Of a stretch of DNA of 64,000 nucleotides, positions 10,468 through 20,919 are shown in pieces (the first letter of the stretch is position 1; each line of letters starts with the position of its first letter). Under the pieces are notes generated by a model that ran no database searches, was not told where the DNA came from, and saw nothing but the letters and a program-made list of their open reading frames with translations. Source of the stretch: an uncultured Nitrososphaeraceae archaeon (GTDB lineage Archaea; Thermoproteota; Nitrososphaeria; Nitrososphaerales; Nitrososphaeraceae); the NCBI GenBank assembly GCA_963837175.1, contig CAWIMJ010000057.1, positions 32,001 through 96,000 on the forward strand, given 5' to 3'. The translations under genes were made by a program, and so were the position numbers.

Positions 10468-10791
10468 ATGGAAAATATAATGTTAGAACAGTTGGACAAA
10501 TTATTGTCTTCAGGTGAGAAAGCTGTTGCAATGTTTTATGCAGATTGGTGTCCCTTTTGCAAGAAATTTCAACCAGTTTTCGAATCTGTAAAGTCGAAAT
10601 ATAAAAAGATTCAATTGAAACTGAATGAAGATGAGAATCCAATGTGGGATCGGTTTGCAATATCCGCAGTTCCCACTGTGATTGCTTTTGATGGAAATAA
10701 CATTGTTGCAAGAAAAGATGCCAGAATGGGCGTAGGTCTAGATAAATCAGACATTGATTCACTGCTGAAAGAACTAAAGTGGAATCGATAG
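10468..10791 (+). CDS. Thioredoxin-family protein
   Basis: FYADWCPFC active site and cis-Pro VPT motif. Confidence 0.9.
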   Translation: MENIMLEQLDKLLSSGEKAVAMFYADWCPFCKKFQPVFESVKSKYKKIQLKLNEDENPMWDRFAISAVPTVIAFDGNNIVARKDARMGVGLDKSDIDSLLKELKWNR

Positions 10792-11034
10792 ATCACACAG
10801 CTTTGTTGTACAAACTGTATCACTTTTTTTTAGAATTGACATTTTGGTGTGTAATGGTAATTTGTGATTGACAATTGGAATTTGCCAAAAAAGCAGCCAT
10901 TAGAGGACCTCATAATTGATTGAGGGTTTTTTGATGTTTCTTATAGTAATAATAACAATAATAATAATTGATCATAACCTAGAACCTTGTCATTAGATTA
11001 ATCGGTAGACTAATCAATTATTTTATCCTCTAGC

Positions 11035-12424
11035 TTAGTGAGAGATATAATCTGAAAGTTTGATGTTCTCTTCACCAGGAATCTTTGCAATCTCAAATCT
11101 CTCTCTTGGTTTGATAAGAGTGGCAGTAGCATCGATTCCTACTTTCGTTGTTAGCAAATTTTCCTGATCACTTGATGGGTCGAGACTTGATCCTTTAGCA
11201 TTGGTGATTATTAACAACCCTTTATCCGCCTGACATCGGGTAGACATTGCATATTCTACAGAAACAGGGCTGGTTGGATCGATATCGTCGTCTACCACAA
11301 TCGCCATCTTCAGTGAAGGATGAGCCGCAAAAGCTGCTAACAAAGCATTTTTTGGCTCGCCTTCTAGACGTTTTTTAATCTGTATTACTGCATCAAGCCA
11401 GTTGCTTCCACCATCCGTGAGATGTACTGTCTTTGTAGATGGAACGACGTTCTTTATTACCTCAAACATCTTTGATTCAACTGGCAATCCCATCAATAGA
11501 CGATGTTCTGCATATCCTGGTAATATATCGTAAAAAATTGCATCATTTCTATATCTTATTCTGTCGAGCTCAAAAACAGGCTGTTTACGTTTAAAATCAT
11601 AAGTTCTAAGCATTTCTACCATCCATTCCTCTTCAGTTCTATCCTTGAGAATTTTGCCCTCAAGAACAATTTCAGAATGGGTGGGAACATATAGTCCAGA
11701 GAAATTACTTATACTCAATGTAAGATCATTTCGAAGTAATGAATTCGCAATTAACATTTCATCAATACCATATGCCGCCTGATAGGCTGCAGCTATACTA
11801 ACCGCCGGATGTACTCCAACTACGATTGCAACTTTTAGATCTTCCCCATGCTCCTTTGCGAATGAATAACACTTGTGTAGATGCCTGCCTTCTACCATTC
11901 TAATCGCCATGTGTTTTTTATCGAGTAGCAACAGTCGATGTGTGGAGGAATTCTGGTTATCTTTTTCTTGGTCCTTAGCAAAAACTATTGAGGAAGTAAT
12001 AAAGGCACCTGCGTCTTTCTCAAAGTGAGTAATCACCGGCAGATCTTTCAAATCAGTAGAAGAATTCTCATAGAAAGGAGCATCAGAGGAGACTTTTCTT
12101 GGCGGAGATGCCTTTGCAATTGATTGAATAATATGAGTATGGATTGAATTTTCGTCAATAGCTCCAATGGCAAGGGCAAATCTTTTCCTTGTTCCTAGAA
12201 CATTGGATGCTACATATATCCTGCTATCTTCCACATTTTCAAATAATGCTGCCTTGTTTTCTTTCAAGCTTGCTTACAAGCGCTGCAATCTCAAACTTTG
12301 TGCTCACAGTTTTGTTTATTCTTATTAGATCGTTTTCTTTCTCCAACACATTCAAAAAACTTCGAAAATCATTGTTTTTCTTAAATACTCTCTTTTCGTT
12401 GCTTCCTTCTATCGCCGTTTTCAT
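11035..12424 (-). CDS. UbiD-family prFMN decarboxylase (likely anhydromevalonate phosphate decarboxylase); split by a +1 frameshift near 12255
   Basis: N-terminal DFRSFLNVLEKENDL...FEIAA in ORF 12239-12424 joins ORF 11035-12267 (EIVLEG, VVDDDID, GSSLDPS, KVGIDAT); pathway role from knowledge of the archaeal modified mevalonate pathway. Confidence 0.85.
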
Positions 12425-12776
12425 TATCGTTATCTCCTATTAAATTCATAATCTCTCCCATAATTGCTTTCATGTCATCCAGTTCTAGTTGTGTTAAACT
12501 ATGGAGAGAAATCAGGCAAATACCATTTATCATTGAAGATATCCTTTCAGAAATAGTACTAATAAACATGGGATTGAACTTGCTTGGTATAACTTTGGCT
12601 GTATTGATCTGGTTAGAAGAACTTATTGATACTGAAATAGATCCTATCCTATCCAATGATTCAGATACAGAAATAAAACACCCGTTTTCATATGATAGAA
12701 ATTTTATAAGGAATGTTCTTTTATCTTTTGATGTAATCATTCGTGTAGTAAATGCATTGTGTCCACCGTTCTGCAT
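12381..12776 (-). CDS. Conserved hypothetical protein (possible proteasome assembly chaperone PAC4-like)
   Basis: 131-aa ORF overlapping the ubiD start; YENGCFISVSE...RIGSISVSI pattern. Confidence 0.55.
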   Translation of the reverse strand: MQNGGHNAFTTRMITSKDKRTFLIKFLSYENGCFISVSESLDRIGSISVSISSSNQINTAKVIPSKFNPMFISTISERISSMINGICLISLHSLTQLELDDMKAIMGEIMNLIGDNDNENGDRRKQRKESI

Positions 12777-12964
12777 TATAACATAACCAAATATCCATAA
12801 ACTGAAAAGTCTTTCTCCACACTACTTCTTACTGTTTCTTACTTATCTATAATTTCTCCTTATACTTTAGATTTTTGTTATTATTCTGGTTCTTAATCTG
12901 TTTATACACAGTAAAGTACAACCAACTTTGATTTGATAATAATCCCAGTTTTGACCATATAAGA

Positions 12965-13609
12965 TTAAGCTGGAGGTTTGAAGAGTCTGCCCCTTCTAAA
13001 AGCAATTGCTCTTGCTGACGCTATGTCTCTAGCACCCCGCCTGTTGGCTTCTGTTTTTGGAGGTAGTGAGGTACCGCGTTCATCAACAATTTCAATTTCA
13101 ATTAGTTCTTGGAATTTTGTTTTTAATATCAGGGCGATTTGCCTAGCCATAGCAATATTACCGTTACCGATTCTTACAATTTTCTTATTAGACGTGATTC
13201 TAGAAAGTAAATGTGATACTAGTTTTATAGCTGCTTCAGGTGAAGATTCTACTATACTTTCTATTTCATTATGAAGAAAAATGACTGATATACCTATTCT
13301 AACTCCAGGATCGATTCCTATTGTTAACTGATCATCGTGATACGGGCCCATGATATTACGCAAAATTTTTGCTTTCGTAAAGACAGGATAGTCATCTAGC
13401 TCAGTGTCAAGTAGGACGTCTTTTCTTCTAACAATTTCTGCTTCGTCTCTTGTAGTTATAATAATTTTAGCATTGGATAATGCTCCTTCTTCTGGAGAGA
13501 GCGACTCAAATTGCATTTGCATTGACTTTAAAGCATTAATAATTTTGTAATATGGTCGGCCATAAACAGTGGCAACAGTAACTTTATTTTGGACGACCTC
13601 CCTACTCAG
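12965..13609 (-). CDS. Conserved archaeal RNase H-fold / YqgF-like protein
   Basis: IGIDPG, VRIGNG, IVDERGTS, DIASARAIA motifs; frame stays open upstream of 13522 to a CTG at 13609 (VATVYGRPYYKII). Confidence 0.7.
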   Translation of the reverse strand: MSREVVQNKVTVATVYGRPYYKIINALKSMQMQFESLSPEEGALSNAKIIITTRDEAEIVRRKDVLLDTELDDYPVFTKAKILRNIMGPYHDDQLTIGIDPGVRIGISVIFLHNEIESIVESSPEAAIKLVSHLLSRITSNKKIVRIGNGNIAMARQIALILKTKFQELIEIEIVDERGTSLPPKTEANRRGARDIASARAIAFRRGRLFKPPA

Positions 13610-13823
13610 GGGCGTTTCATCATATCAAATTTGAACAAAAATTGTTATTAAACCTTGTGGTTAAGTTCTGCATAAGAAACTTTCTTCTTGCCATCATATT
13701 TTGGCTAATCCTATCTTTATCTCTAATAACTTTTAGAGAGCAAACAATCTGTAAAGTTTAAAGACTATTTCCCATATTCTCTGCTAAAGCTTAATATCAT
13801 ATTCTAAAAGGATATGCAATCCA

Positions 13824-14879
13824 CTATTTTTCTTCCCTAGTGAGTAACCTAGGCATGATCGTTTTTGAGCCAACCTTTTGTTCTACACCGAAAGCGATTG
13901 CTCCGAGGTTTCGGACTTCAATTGATTTGAGTTTGACTGCCGCAATCATTGTAGAATAACTAAACATCTTTGCATAGGAAGTGACAGCTCGTCTATAGAT
14001 TAGGCGTTCAAAACCTGCCTCCAATTTTGAAATCATTTCAATTTCATCAGAGTCACTTGGCACTATACTCTTATATACGGTACTCGAAAATATCGAAATT
14101 GCTTCCTTTACGTTTTCTGCATTAATCATTTTATCCAATATATCTTCCTGTACTCTGAACGTGGGTTTAATTCTTAAAGATTTGATATGCAATTCAGATA
14201 AACCCCAATATTTTGCACGTAGTGTGCTCAATGCATTATAGGAATCCACGTCTAATCCAATTAGTGGATGAACATCCGCAGGTTTACCAATTACAGTGTA
14301 GGCAGTAGCGAGAGCTTGATAATAAGAGTGGTCTAGATAGACATCAAAGATCTGGATATCTCCTTTTTCTTTATATGCCTGGGCAGCTCCCGCAACGTCA
14401 GCCCCAAATTCTGATGGTTGCAATGTAGCTATAGCCTCATCTAAATCTTTTGCAACAAGTGCTTTCACAACTATGTCTCTTCTACCGATAAGCTCTTCCG
14501 CACGCATGTTAACATGGGGTAATATTTCTTCATACGTTCTACCCATTGCTTTACCTTTAAGGATTACCTTAAGATTCCAGATTATATATTTTGTATAATA
14601 AGCATTAAGTAAATCCTGTCTTGTTACTATCTTAGCCATGGACGCATGAAAATCAACCAGATCCTCCCGCAAGAGATTTTCAATTTTTTCTGCATTGAAT
14701 GGTTTTTGCAACTTGGCCATAACTTCTGTATACGCAGTATTCTTTAATTTTGTCACGAGCTCATCGAGATCCCTTGAATCGGTGAGTGATTCTAACTCAA
14801 TTTTTGAAAGCATCTTTCCTTTTTCAGCAAAAGCTCTTACAGTGCCAAAAATCCTCTGTGGCTTGTTGATTCTACTCAA
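13824..14879 (-). CDS. atpC: A/V-type ATP synthase subunit C
   Basis: WNLKVILKGK, LDHSYY, EVRNLGAIAFG; 351 aa typical of subunit C. Confidence 0.88.
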   Translation of the reverse strand: MSRINKPQRIFGTVRAFAEKGKMLSKIELESLTDSRDLDELVTKLKNTAYTEVMAKLQKPFNAEKIENLLREDLVDFHASMAKIVTRQDLLNAYYTKYIIWNLKVILKGKAMGRTYEEILPHVNMRAEELIGRRDIVVKALVAKDLDEAIATLQPSEFGADVAGAAQAYKEKGDIQIFDVYLDHSYYQALATAYTVIGKPADVHPLIGLDVDSYNALSTLRAKYWGLSELHIKSLRIKPTFRVQEDILDKMINAENVKEAISIFSSTVYKSIVPSDSDEIEMISKLEAGFERLIYRRAVTSYAKMFSYSTMIAAVKLKSIEVRNLGAIAFGVEQKVGSKTIMPRLLTREEK

Positions 14880-15367
14880 GGAATCTTACTCTCATTAGAT
14901 ATTTTGTCTGAAGGAGATTTATTTGCTCTATTTGCAACCTTAGTCGACCCTTTTGGAATATTCTCTGTTTTTTCAGGTTCTATAATATTATTATTATTAT
15001 TTTTTTTATTTTTATTATCATCGTGACGTGAATCGTTTACAGTCAGAACCATTTTGACTACGGTGTCTACTGCTTTGTTAAATGAAGAGTCAATATTTTT
15101 TTTTATTCTTGCAATTTCTCTTTCCCCTTCTTCTACAATTAATGAGGCTTCTCTATCTGCTTCTGCCTTCGCAGCATCAACTATTTTTTTCGCTTCATTG
15201 CCAGCTAGAGCAATAATTTGCTGATTTAACTTTTCAATTTCCTCATCTGAATAAACCATAAGACGCTTTTCCATTTCTACTGCTTTGGAGTTAACATTAT
15301 CGATATCTTTTTCAAGTTCTGCTAGTGCATTTATAATACCTTCAACTGATGACGTCTTTTGTCCCAA
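14876..15367 (-). CDS. Putative A-type ATP synthase subunit H/G (peripheral stalk)
   Basis: Coiled coil EAKKIVDAAKAEADREA...KAVDTVV; 4-nt overlap with atpC. Confidence 0.65.
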   Translation of the reverse strand: MGQKTSSVEGIINALAELEKDIDNVNSKAVEMEKRLMVYSDEEIEKLNQQIIALAGNEAKKIVDAAKAEADREASLIVEEGEREIARIKKNIDSSFNKAVDTVVKMVLTVNDSRHDDNKNKKNNNNNIIEPEKTENIPKGSTKVANRANKSPSDKISNESKIP

Positions 15368-15601
15368 ATCATTGGGAATGCAAGAGTACGGCTATTAAAC
15401 CCTTTACCTCATTAATAAATTAAGAACAGGATTTTATAATAGAAAAGGCACAATAAATAATAAAATTGACGTATAGACCTAAACGAGGGCTATAACCACG
15501 AATTTTTCAATTCTACAAAATAGGACATTTTAGTTATTAGTATTCGTATCTTTTTTAGTAATATGCTATACTATTAAACTTAAATGACTTTGGGTCTTCT
15601 C

Positions 15602-15955
15602 TTATGTTGTAAGACTCAAAATCGCCTGAGCCATATCTCCTTTTGACTCAGTTAATGCACGGATAGCCTTTTCTTTTGAAACATTTGCTTGTTGCATAAC
15701 GAGAATGATATCTTCTTCCTTAATTGCGGGAATGTCTCTTTGCTTTTCTTCTATATCAGTAGCAACCACTTGAAAGATGGTACTGTCTTTTCCTTTCATT
15801 TCTAACACTTGAGGATTCATCAGATAAAGCTCTTTGGTCTCTGTTTTGATAATTACCTCTTCAATACTGCCTAGGTCTTTCATTTCTAGTCCCATCTTGT
15901 CTAACATACGTCTCATTTCACGGTTGCCACCACGCATCATGTCATTATTACTCAT
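15602..15955 (-). CDS. nac: Nascent polypeptide-associated complex protein
   Basis: MRRMLDKMG...IEEVII...EEDIILVMQQANVS...GDMAQAILSL (NAC + UBA). Confidence 0.93.
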   Translation of the reverse strand: MSNNDMMRGGNREMRRMLDKMGLEMKDLGSIEEVIIKTETKELYLMNPQVLEMKGKDSTIFQVVATDIEEKQRDIPAIKEEDIILVMQQANVSKEKAIRALTESKGDMAQAILSLTT

Positions 15956-16433
15956 TCAAGCGGCTTTTTATTCCTTCTCTAACCTTAATAGCAACGCCAT
16001 TATGATATTTTTTCATTATGCTGCATCCGAATTGTGCTCTCCCTGTCGCTATAACAATGTTATCTTTATTTATAATTGCAACGTCTGAACCCACATTAAT
16101 GTACGAACCACACCACTCAACATGCCTACAAAATAGTGATCTACCTTCACTAACAAATAGGATTGCCTCAGGAGTTGGTATGACACAATTTTCTCTGAAT
16201 TGTTTACTTTTTAACAATTTTTTTGCTCCATATATTGTTAATGCGAGTCCTCCATCGGTGCGAAAGGTAGCTACCAACTTGTTATTGAGGCTGAAATTTT
16301 TGATTCTGCCTGTTTTTTTGGAAAATTCATATTGGAGATCTTCTCCTTCAAGTGCAGTACTCACTCCGTCCCCGAAGATAGCGTCAACATGACAATATAT
16401 CTTATTTGTCCAGTTCAGTGATAAAGGCTTCAA
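15948..16433 (-). CDS. PUA-domain protein (TGT C-terminal-like)
   Basis: SKKTGRIK, FVSEGRSLFCRHV, IATGRA, GVAIKVREG. Confidence 0.85.
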   Translation of the reverse strand: MKPLSLNWTNKIYCHVDAIFGDGVSTALEGEDLQYEFSKKTGRIKNFSLNNKLVATFRTDGGLALTIYGAKKLLKSKQFRENCVIPTPEAILFVSEGRSLFCRHVEWCGSYINVGSDVAIINKDNIVIATGRAQFGCSIMKKYHNGVAIKVREGIKSRLNE

Positions 16434-16443
16434 ATATCATGAA

Positions 16444-16465
16444 AAATGTATATACGTATACATTT
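16444..16465. promoter_or_regulatory. Inverted repeat in divergent promoter (possible operator)
   Basis: AAATGTATA-TACG-TATACATTT, perfect 9-bp arms, between the PUA gene and the AbrB-PhoU gene. Confidence 0.4.
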
Positions 16466-16512
16466 ACTTTTCATATGTCTATATAGTGAAAGTGAAAATA
16501 TATATAGAATAA

Positions 16513-17601
16513 ATGTTTTTTATTGTATATATGCAGAAATCTTATGATAGCAATATAAGCGATCAAAACGAGGAGACCAGAAAAATACAATATACAGGGG
16601 GCTCTTCATACATAGTATCTCTTCCTAAAAAATGGGTTCAAGATCTGGGACTAAAGCAAGGTGATCACGTCTTAATTCGTAGAGAAGGAAATTCGCTTCT
16701 ACAACTCACACCTGCATCAAAGCATTTTTCAAAGGAACAAAAAGAAGCGACCTTAGAGGTTTCAAAGAATAATGATCCGTACTTTCTTGCACGTAAATTA
16801 ATTTCGCTATATTTCTTAGGATTTAATCTTATAAACGTCATTCCCAAAGACTTGGGAAGATTAACCAGCGAACAACGAGAGGTAATGAAGGATGTTGTAA
16901 AACGAGTTTTGATGGGAACAGAGATTATTGCAGATTCTGCAGGCGGCATAACGTTGCAAGTCCTGATTAATTTACTCGAGTTATCGGTAGATGCTGCATT
17001 TAAAAGAATGTTGTTAATTTCAAAATCCATGCATCGAGATGCTGTTCTATCGTTGCGAGAGAACAATCTTGAATTGGCAAAGGAAATAGTAAAATCTGAT
17101 GATGACGTAGATCGTTTTAGCTTTTATATAGTTAGGCAGTTAAATATTGCAATAAAGAATGAACATCTATTAAAAGAAATTGGATTGGATGATTCACGTA
17201 ACTGTCTTGGCTATAGATTAATTACCAAGTCAACTGAAAGAGTTGCTGACCATGCAACAATAATAGCTAAAGATATTATTGAGATGAGACAGCCTTTGAA
17301 TAAAGACACGGTCGAAAATATTGCTCACATGAGCAATTTTGCACTTGAAGTGTTGGATGAAGCATGCCTATCAATGTTCAAGCGGGATTACAATTCTGCT
17401 GATAGAGCCATAGAAAAGGCCCGTAAAATTGAAGCTCTAGAAAAGGCTATCTTAGATACATCAGATAAAGCCAAAGATGTTAATGAAATGTATAGAATTA
17501 AAATGATCACAGAAAGCATACGTCGAGTAGCTGAATATGCTAGCGATATTGCAGAAATAGTTCTTAATATGACTGTAGAGCAAACTTTAAGAAAAGACTA
17601 A
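16513..17601 (+). CDS. AbrB-PhoU family phosphate uptake regulator
   Basis: RKIQYTGGSSYIVSLPKKW (AbrB) plus PhoU repeats DDDVDR, ERVADHA, RRVAEYASDIAE. Confidence 0.92.
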   Translation: MFFIVYMQKSYDSNISDQNEETRKIQYTGGSSYIVSLPKKWVQDLGLKQGDHVLIRREGNSLLQLTPASKHFSKEQKEATLEVSKNNDPYFLARKLISLYFLGFNLINVIPKDLGRLTSEQREVMKDVVKRVLMGTEIIADSAGGITLQVLINLLELSVDAAFKRMLLISKSMHRDAVLSLRENNLELAKEIVKSDDDVDRFSFYIVRQLNIAIKNEHLLKEIGLDDSRNCLGYRLITKSTERVADHATIIAKDIIEMRQPLNKDTVENIAHMSNFALEVLDEACLSMFKRDYNSADRAIEKARKIEALEKAILDTSDKAKDVNEMYRIKMITESIRRVAEYASDIAEIVLNMTVEQTLRKD

Positions 17602-17627
17602 ATTTACATTAATCAAATATAATCACA

Positions 17628-18050
17628 ATGTCATCGTTTTGCGAATTATGTGGACGTCAAGTTATTGACGGCAAAAAAACAGTCTTGATAGACGGCACGG
17701 TTTTCAATGTATGCATGTCATGTTCAAAACGTGGCAAACCATATGTACCTGCACAAACTGCCAAACAGAGATCTATCGGTACTTCTGCACCTAAGAAAGT
17801 GATTAATCCTCTTAGAAAAATTTCAATGACAGATGACGTAATACTTAATCCTGAATTTGCTAAAATAATTCGAGAGGCACGTATGAAAAAAGGTTTGACA
17901 CATGAACAACTGGGATTAAAGATGAATGAAAAGGCAACATTACTCCGAAAATTTGAAACAGGTACATTGAAACCAGATGAAATATTGGCAAAAAAACTGG
18001 AAAAGTTTCTGGAAATTAAATTGCATGTCAGCATAGAAGAGATAGAATAA
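17628..18050 (+). CDS. mbf1: Archaeal multiprotein bridging factor 1
   Basis: CELCG...VCMSC zinc ribbon plus HTH IIREARMKKGLTHEQLG. Confidence 0.93.
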   Translation: MSSFCELCGRQVIDGKKTVLIDGTVFNVCMSCSKRGKPYVPAQTAKQRSIGTSAPKKVINPLRKISMTDDVILNPEFAKIIREARMKKGLTHEQLGLKMNEKATLLRKFETGTLKPDEILAKKLEKFLEIKLHVSIEEIE

Positions 18051-18053
18051 TAA

Positions 18054-19184
18054 TCTGATAATAATAATAATAATACAGAATTTAATTCAAAGACTTGCTT
18101 CTTAGCTACCTATCCTTTAGAGGAGGTAACAAAAGAAGCTATTTCTCTAGCAGACGCAGCTGGATATTCTATTATTAAAATAGTAAACCAGCGTAATCTT
18201 ACACAGTCAAAATATGGAATCGGTAGTGGGAAAGCAGAAGAAGTAAAGGAATTAGTTGAGCAATTAAAACCAGGAGTAATTATTTTTGATGAGGTGCTAA
18301 AGCCAAGTCAACAATATAATTTAGCAAAAGTCTGTAAAATAGACATACTAGATAGAGAGCGCTTAATTCTAGATATCTTTGAATTAAGAGCAAGCACTGC
18401 GGAATCAAGAATTCAGATTAAACTTGCACAGTTACGATATGACATGGTTAGAGCTCGAGAAAAAGTTAGACTCGCAAGAGCAGGAGAACAGCCAGGATTT
18501 TTTGGTATGGGAAAATATGATGCTGATGTCTATTTTCTAGATATCAAGAAACGATCCGCTATCTTGAAGAAGAAGTTGGAAAGAGAAGAGAAGAGAAGAG
18601 AACTTTTTCGGATTCAACGATCAAGAGCAGGTTTGCCTACCATTTCTATTGCTGGCTATACTTCTGCAGGAAAGACGACTCTATTCAATACTTTAACAGG
18701 AGAATCAAAAATGGAAGGAAAAGAGGTATTTACTACTCTATCTACCTTTACTCGAGCAATTAATTTGAAAAATGATAAGAAGCTGTTAATTTCAGATACT
18801 GTCGGATTTATCAGCAAGCTTCCAGCTTATATGATCGATGCATTTAAATCAACACTTCAGGATATAACTTATTCTGATCTTGTTTTGCTTGTAGTTGACA
18901 TTAGCCAGTCTATAGAAGAGATTAAGAAGAAATTAGACAGTTCCATACATATATTATTAATTAGAAGCTTTAAAGTTCTTTACTTGTTCAAGAGGACATA
19001 TATGAAAAATTTCTATCATGAAGTTTATACGTTGGTTCATATTGGGATGCTATCTTTACCACAACAGCAGATTTTGTTAATTGCGCTAAAGACAGGTTTT
19101 AACATAGAACAGTCAAACGACTTTATGTCATTACTTGTCGTTCCTAAGGTTGATAAGATAAAAACAGAAGAGTTGCTTTATTGA
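18054..19184 (+). CDS. hflX: GTPase HflX (start codon unresolved, C-terminal G4/G5 degenerate)
   Basis: Frame open from 18054 (FLATYP...YGIGSGKAEE); DRERLILDIF, AGYTSAGKTT (G1), FTTL, DTVGFI (G3). Confidence 0.85.
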   Translation, partial: SDNNNNNTEFNSKTCFLATYPLEEVTKEAISLADAAGYSIIKIVNQRNLTQSKYGIGSGKAEEVKELVEQLKPGVIIFDEVLKPSQQYNLAKVCKIDILDRERLILDIFELRASTAESRIQIKLAQLRYDMVRAREKVRLARAGEQPGFFGMGKYDADVYFLDIKKRSAILKKKLEREEKRRELFRIQRSRAGLPTISIAGYTSAGKTTLFNTLTGESKMEGKEVFTTLSTFTRAINLKNDKKLLISDTVGFISKLPAYMIDAFKSTLQDITYSDLVLLVVDISQSIEEIKKKLDSSIHILLIRSFKVLYLFKRTYMKNFYHEVYTLVHIGMLSLPQQQILLIALKTGFNIEQSNDFMSLLVVPKVDKIKTEELLY

Positions 19185-19745
19185 TGGAGGTCGGTAATTA
19201 TAATATTAAAAATAACAGTTCTTAGAATAGGACACAGATTAGTACGAGACGATCGGATAACTACCCATGCAGCTCTCGTTTCAAGGGCATTTGGTAGCAA
19301 CAAAATATTCATGACACAGGTAGATGATTCTATACTAGAAACAGTAAAAGATGTAAATAAAAGATGGGGAGGAGAATCGGAATTTGAAATTGAGATAATT
19401 GAAGATTGGAAAAAAGTGATCAAGAACTGGAAGAAAGACGGAGGAAAAGTAATTCATCTGACAATGTATGGTATCAATATAGATGATGGTTATGTATTAG
19501 ACAATATACAGAAAGAAGAAAATGTCTTAGTCATTATTGGTGCAGAAAAAGCTCCAAGAGAAATATATGGACTTGCGGATTACAATATTGCTATTGGAAA
19601 TCAACCACATTCAGAAATAGCCGCTTTAACAATATTCTTAGATAGAGTCTTTAAAGGAAATGAATTGAAAAGAGATTTTAAAGGTGGAAGATTCAAAATA
19701 ATTCCGATGACAAAAGGCAAAAGACTCCAAGAAATAGAATATTAA
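19184..19745 (+). CDS. trm56: tRNA (cytidine56-2'-O)-methyltransferase; apparent +1 frameshift in A5 run at 19208-19212
   Basis: VLRIGHRLVRDDRITTHAALVSRAFG upstream of the listed ORF; HLTMYG, IGAEK, NQPHSEIAAL; ATG at 19184 overlaps the hflX stop (TGATG) but is one base out of frame. Confidence 0.88.
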
Positions 19746-20169
19746 ACTTAATTGGTTCACTTTTTAAGATCAACCTAAGAGCATTGTTTAGATTCAATCA
19801 ATGCTGAGTTGAAAAATAGCCGTACAGAAATTTATAGTATCTAACTACTGCTACTTCTAGTAATGTTATTATTATTATTTTAGTAATGAAAATAAAAGTA
19901 ACTTAAATTGGTCTCTTCTGCATTCTAAAATGCAGCTTAATCTGTGGCTTTAATAAATAAAATTATAATATACGGTACTATTGTGTCTTTTCCTTCTTTA
20001 AGATATCATACAAGGGTTACTATTTGATTTTATTCTTTATTTTTTATATCTTAATTATCTTTATTTCTTTTAAACGGTGGTATCCATGTTTTTATGTTCT
20101 ATAAACTAAATCTTCATTACAAGACAAGAACAGACATATTTAAAGACTGGATCTGATAAATTATATAGC

Positions 20170-20919
20170 ATGTCGTCATCATCAACTTCAAAGTCAGCAG
20201 TATCGGTCAAAAACTCTCTGGACTTGATATCCAAAAAGTGGAATATAGATTCTGAAGTATATGATCTCCACATCGGAAGAAGGGATGATGTAGCCGACAC
20301 AATAGTAAATGTCAATGGCGTTTTATTTCATATTCCCACCCTTACCAAAGATAATCTGTACGTTTTATGGAAATGTTTATGGCCAGATTGTCATAATTGT
20401 TGCGAACGACAAGGAAGACTTCCGTTGACAAAAGACGATATTAGAATTATTGCCAAAAAGATAGGATATGACTCAAAAGCAGAATTTGTTAGACATGAAA
20501 CAAGAATATCTAGCTGGCAAGAACAAGAGCCATTTGGCAATGTTATTACTACCATTACTATGCTCTCGCTTAAGAGAAAATCTGACGAGAAAGAAGAAGA
20601 AGATGGTACTCCCATCACATGTAGATTCTTGAATAAGAACGGAGACTGCAGAATCCATCCAGAAAAACCTGGAGTTTGCTGGCTGTATCCATTTGCTTCC
20701 TGGTTAGAATCAGACAAAGGAAGAGCTATAGTACATGCCACGTTTCAACTAACCGGAGATTGTCCTGGATTCTATGTAAGCAAATCGATGTATGACATGA
20801 TGCCCGTGTTAGAGGAATATTCAAAAAAAATATACAACTATAACATGTCTGTCAATAGGACAACGAGAGAAAATTATGGATCTATCAATTTTGTTGATAT
20901 AAGAAAAGAAACAAGGTAG
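20170..20919 (+). CDS. YkgJ-family cysteine-cluster (Fe-S/Zn) protein
   Basis: CLWPDCHNCC...CRFL...CRIHPEKPGVCWLYPF...CPG. Confidence 0.85.
   Translation: MSSSSTSKSAVSVKNSLDLISKKWNIDSEVYDLHIGRRDDVADTIVNVNGVLFHIPTLTKDNLYVLWKCLWPDCHNCCERQGRLPLTKDDIRIIAKKIGYDSKAEFVRHETRISSWQEQEPFGNVITTITMLSLKRKSDEKEEEDGTPITCRFLNKNGDCRIHPEKPGVCWLYPFASWLESDKGRAIVHATFQLTGDCPGFYVSKSMYDMMPVLEEYSKKIYNYNMSVNRTTRENYGSINFVDIRKETR

Noticed and set aside
11035-12424. Calling the ubiD-family gene or trm56 true pseudogenes
   Set aside because: Each has a single one-base break with otherwise intact motifs, and the trm56 break sits in a homopolymer; assembly indel is more parsimonious
19186-19205. GGAGGT Shine-Dalgarno with ATT/ATA start for trm56
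   Set aside because: Possible, but an ATG overlapping the hflX stop plus one extra A in an A5 run explains it more simply
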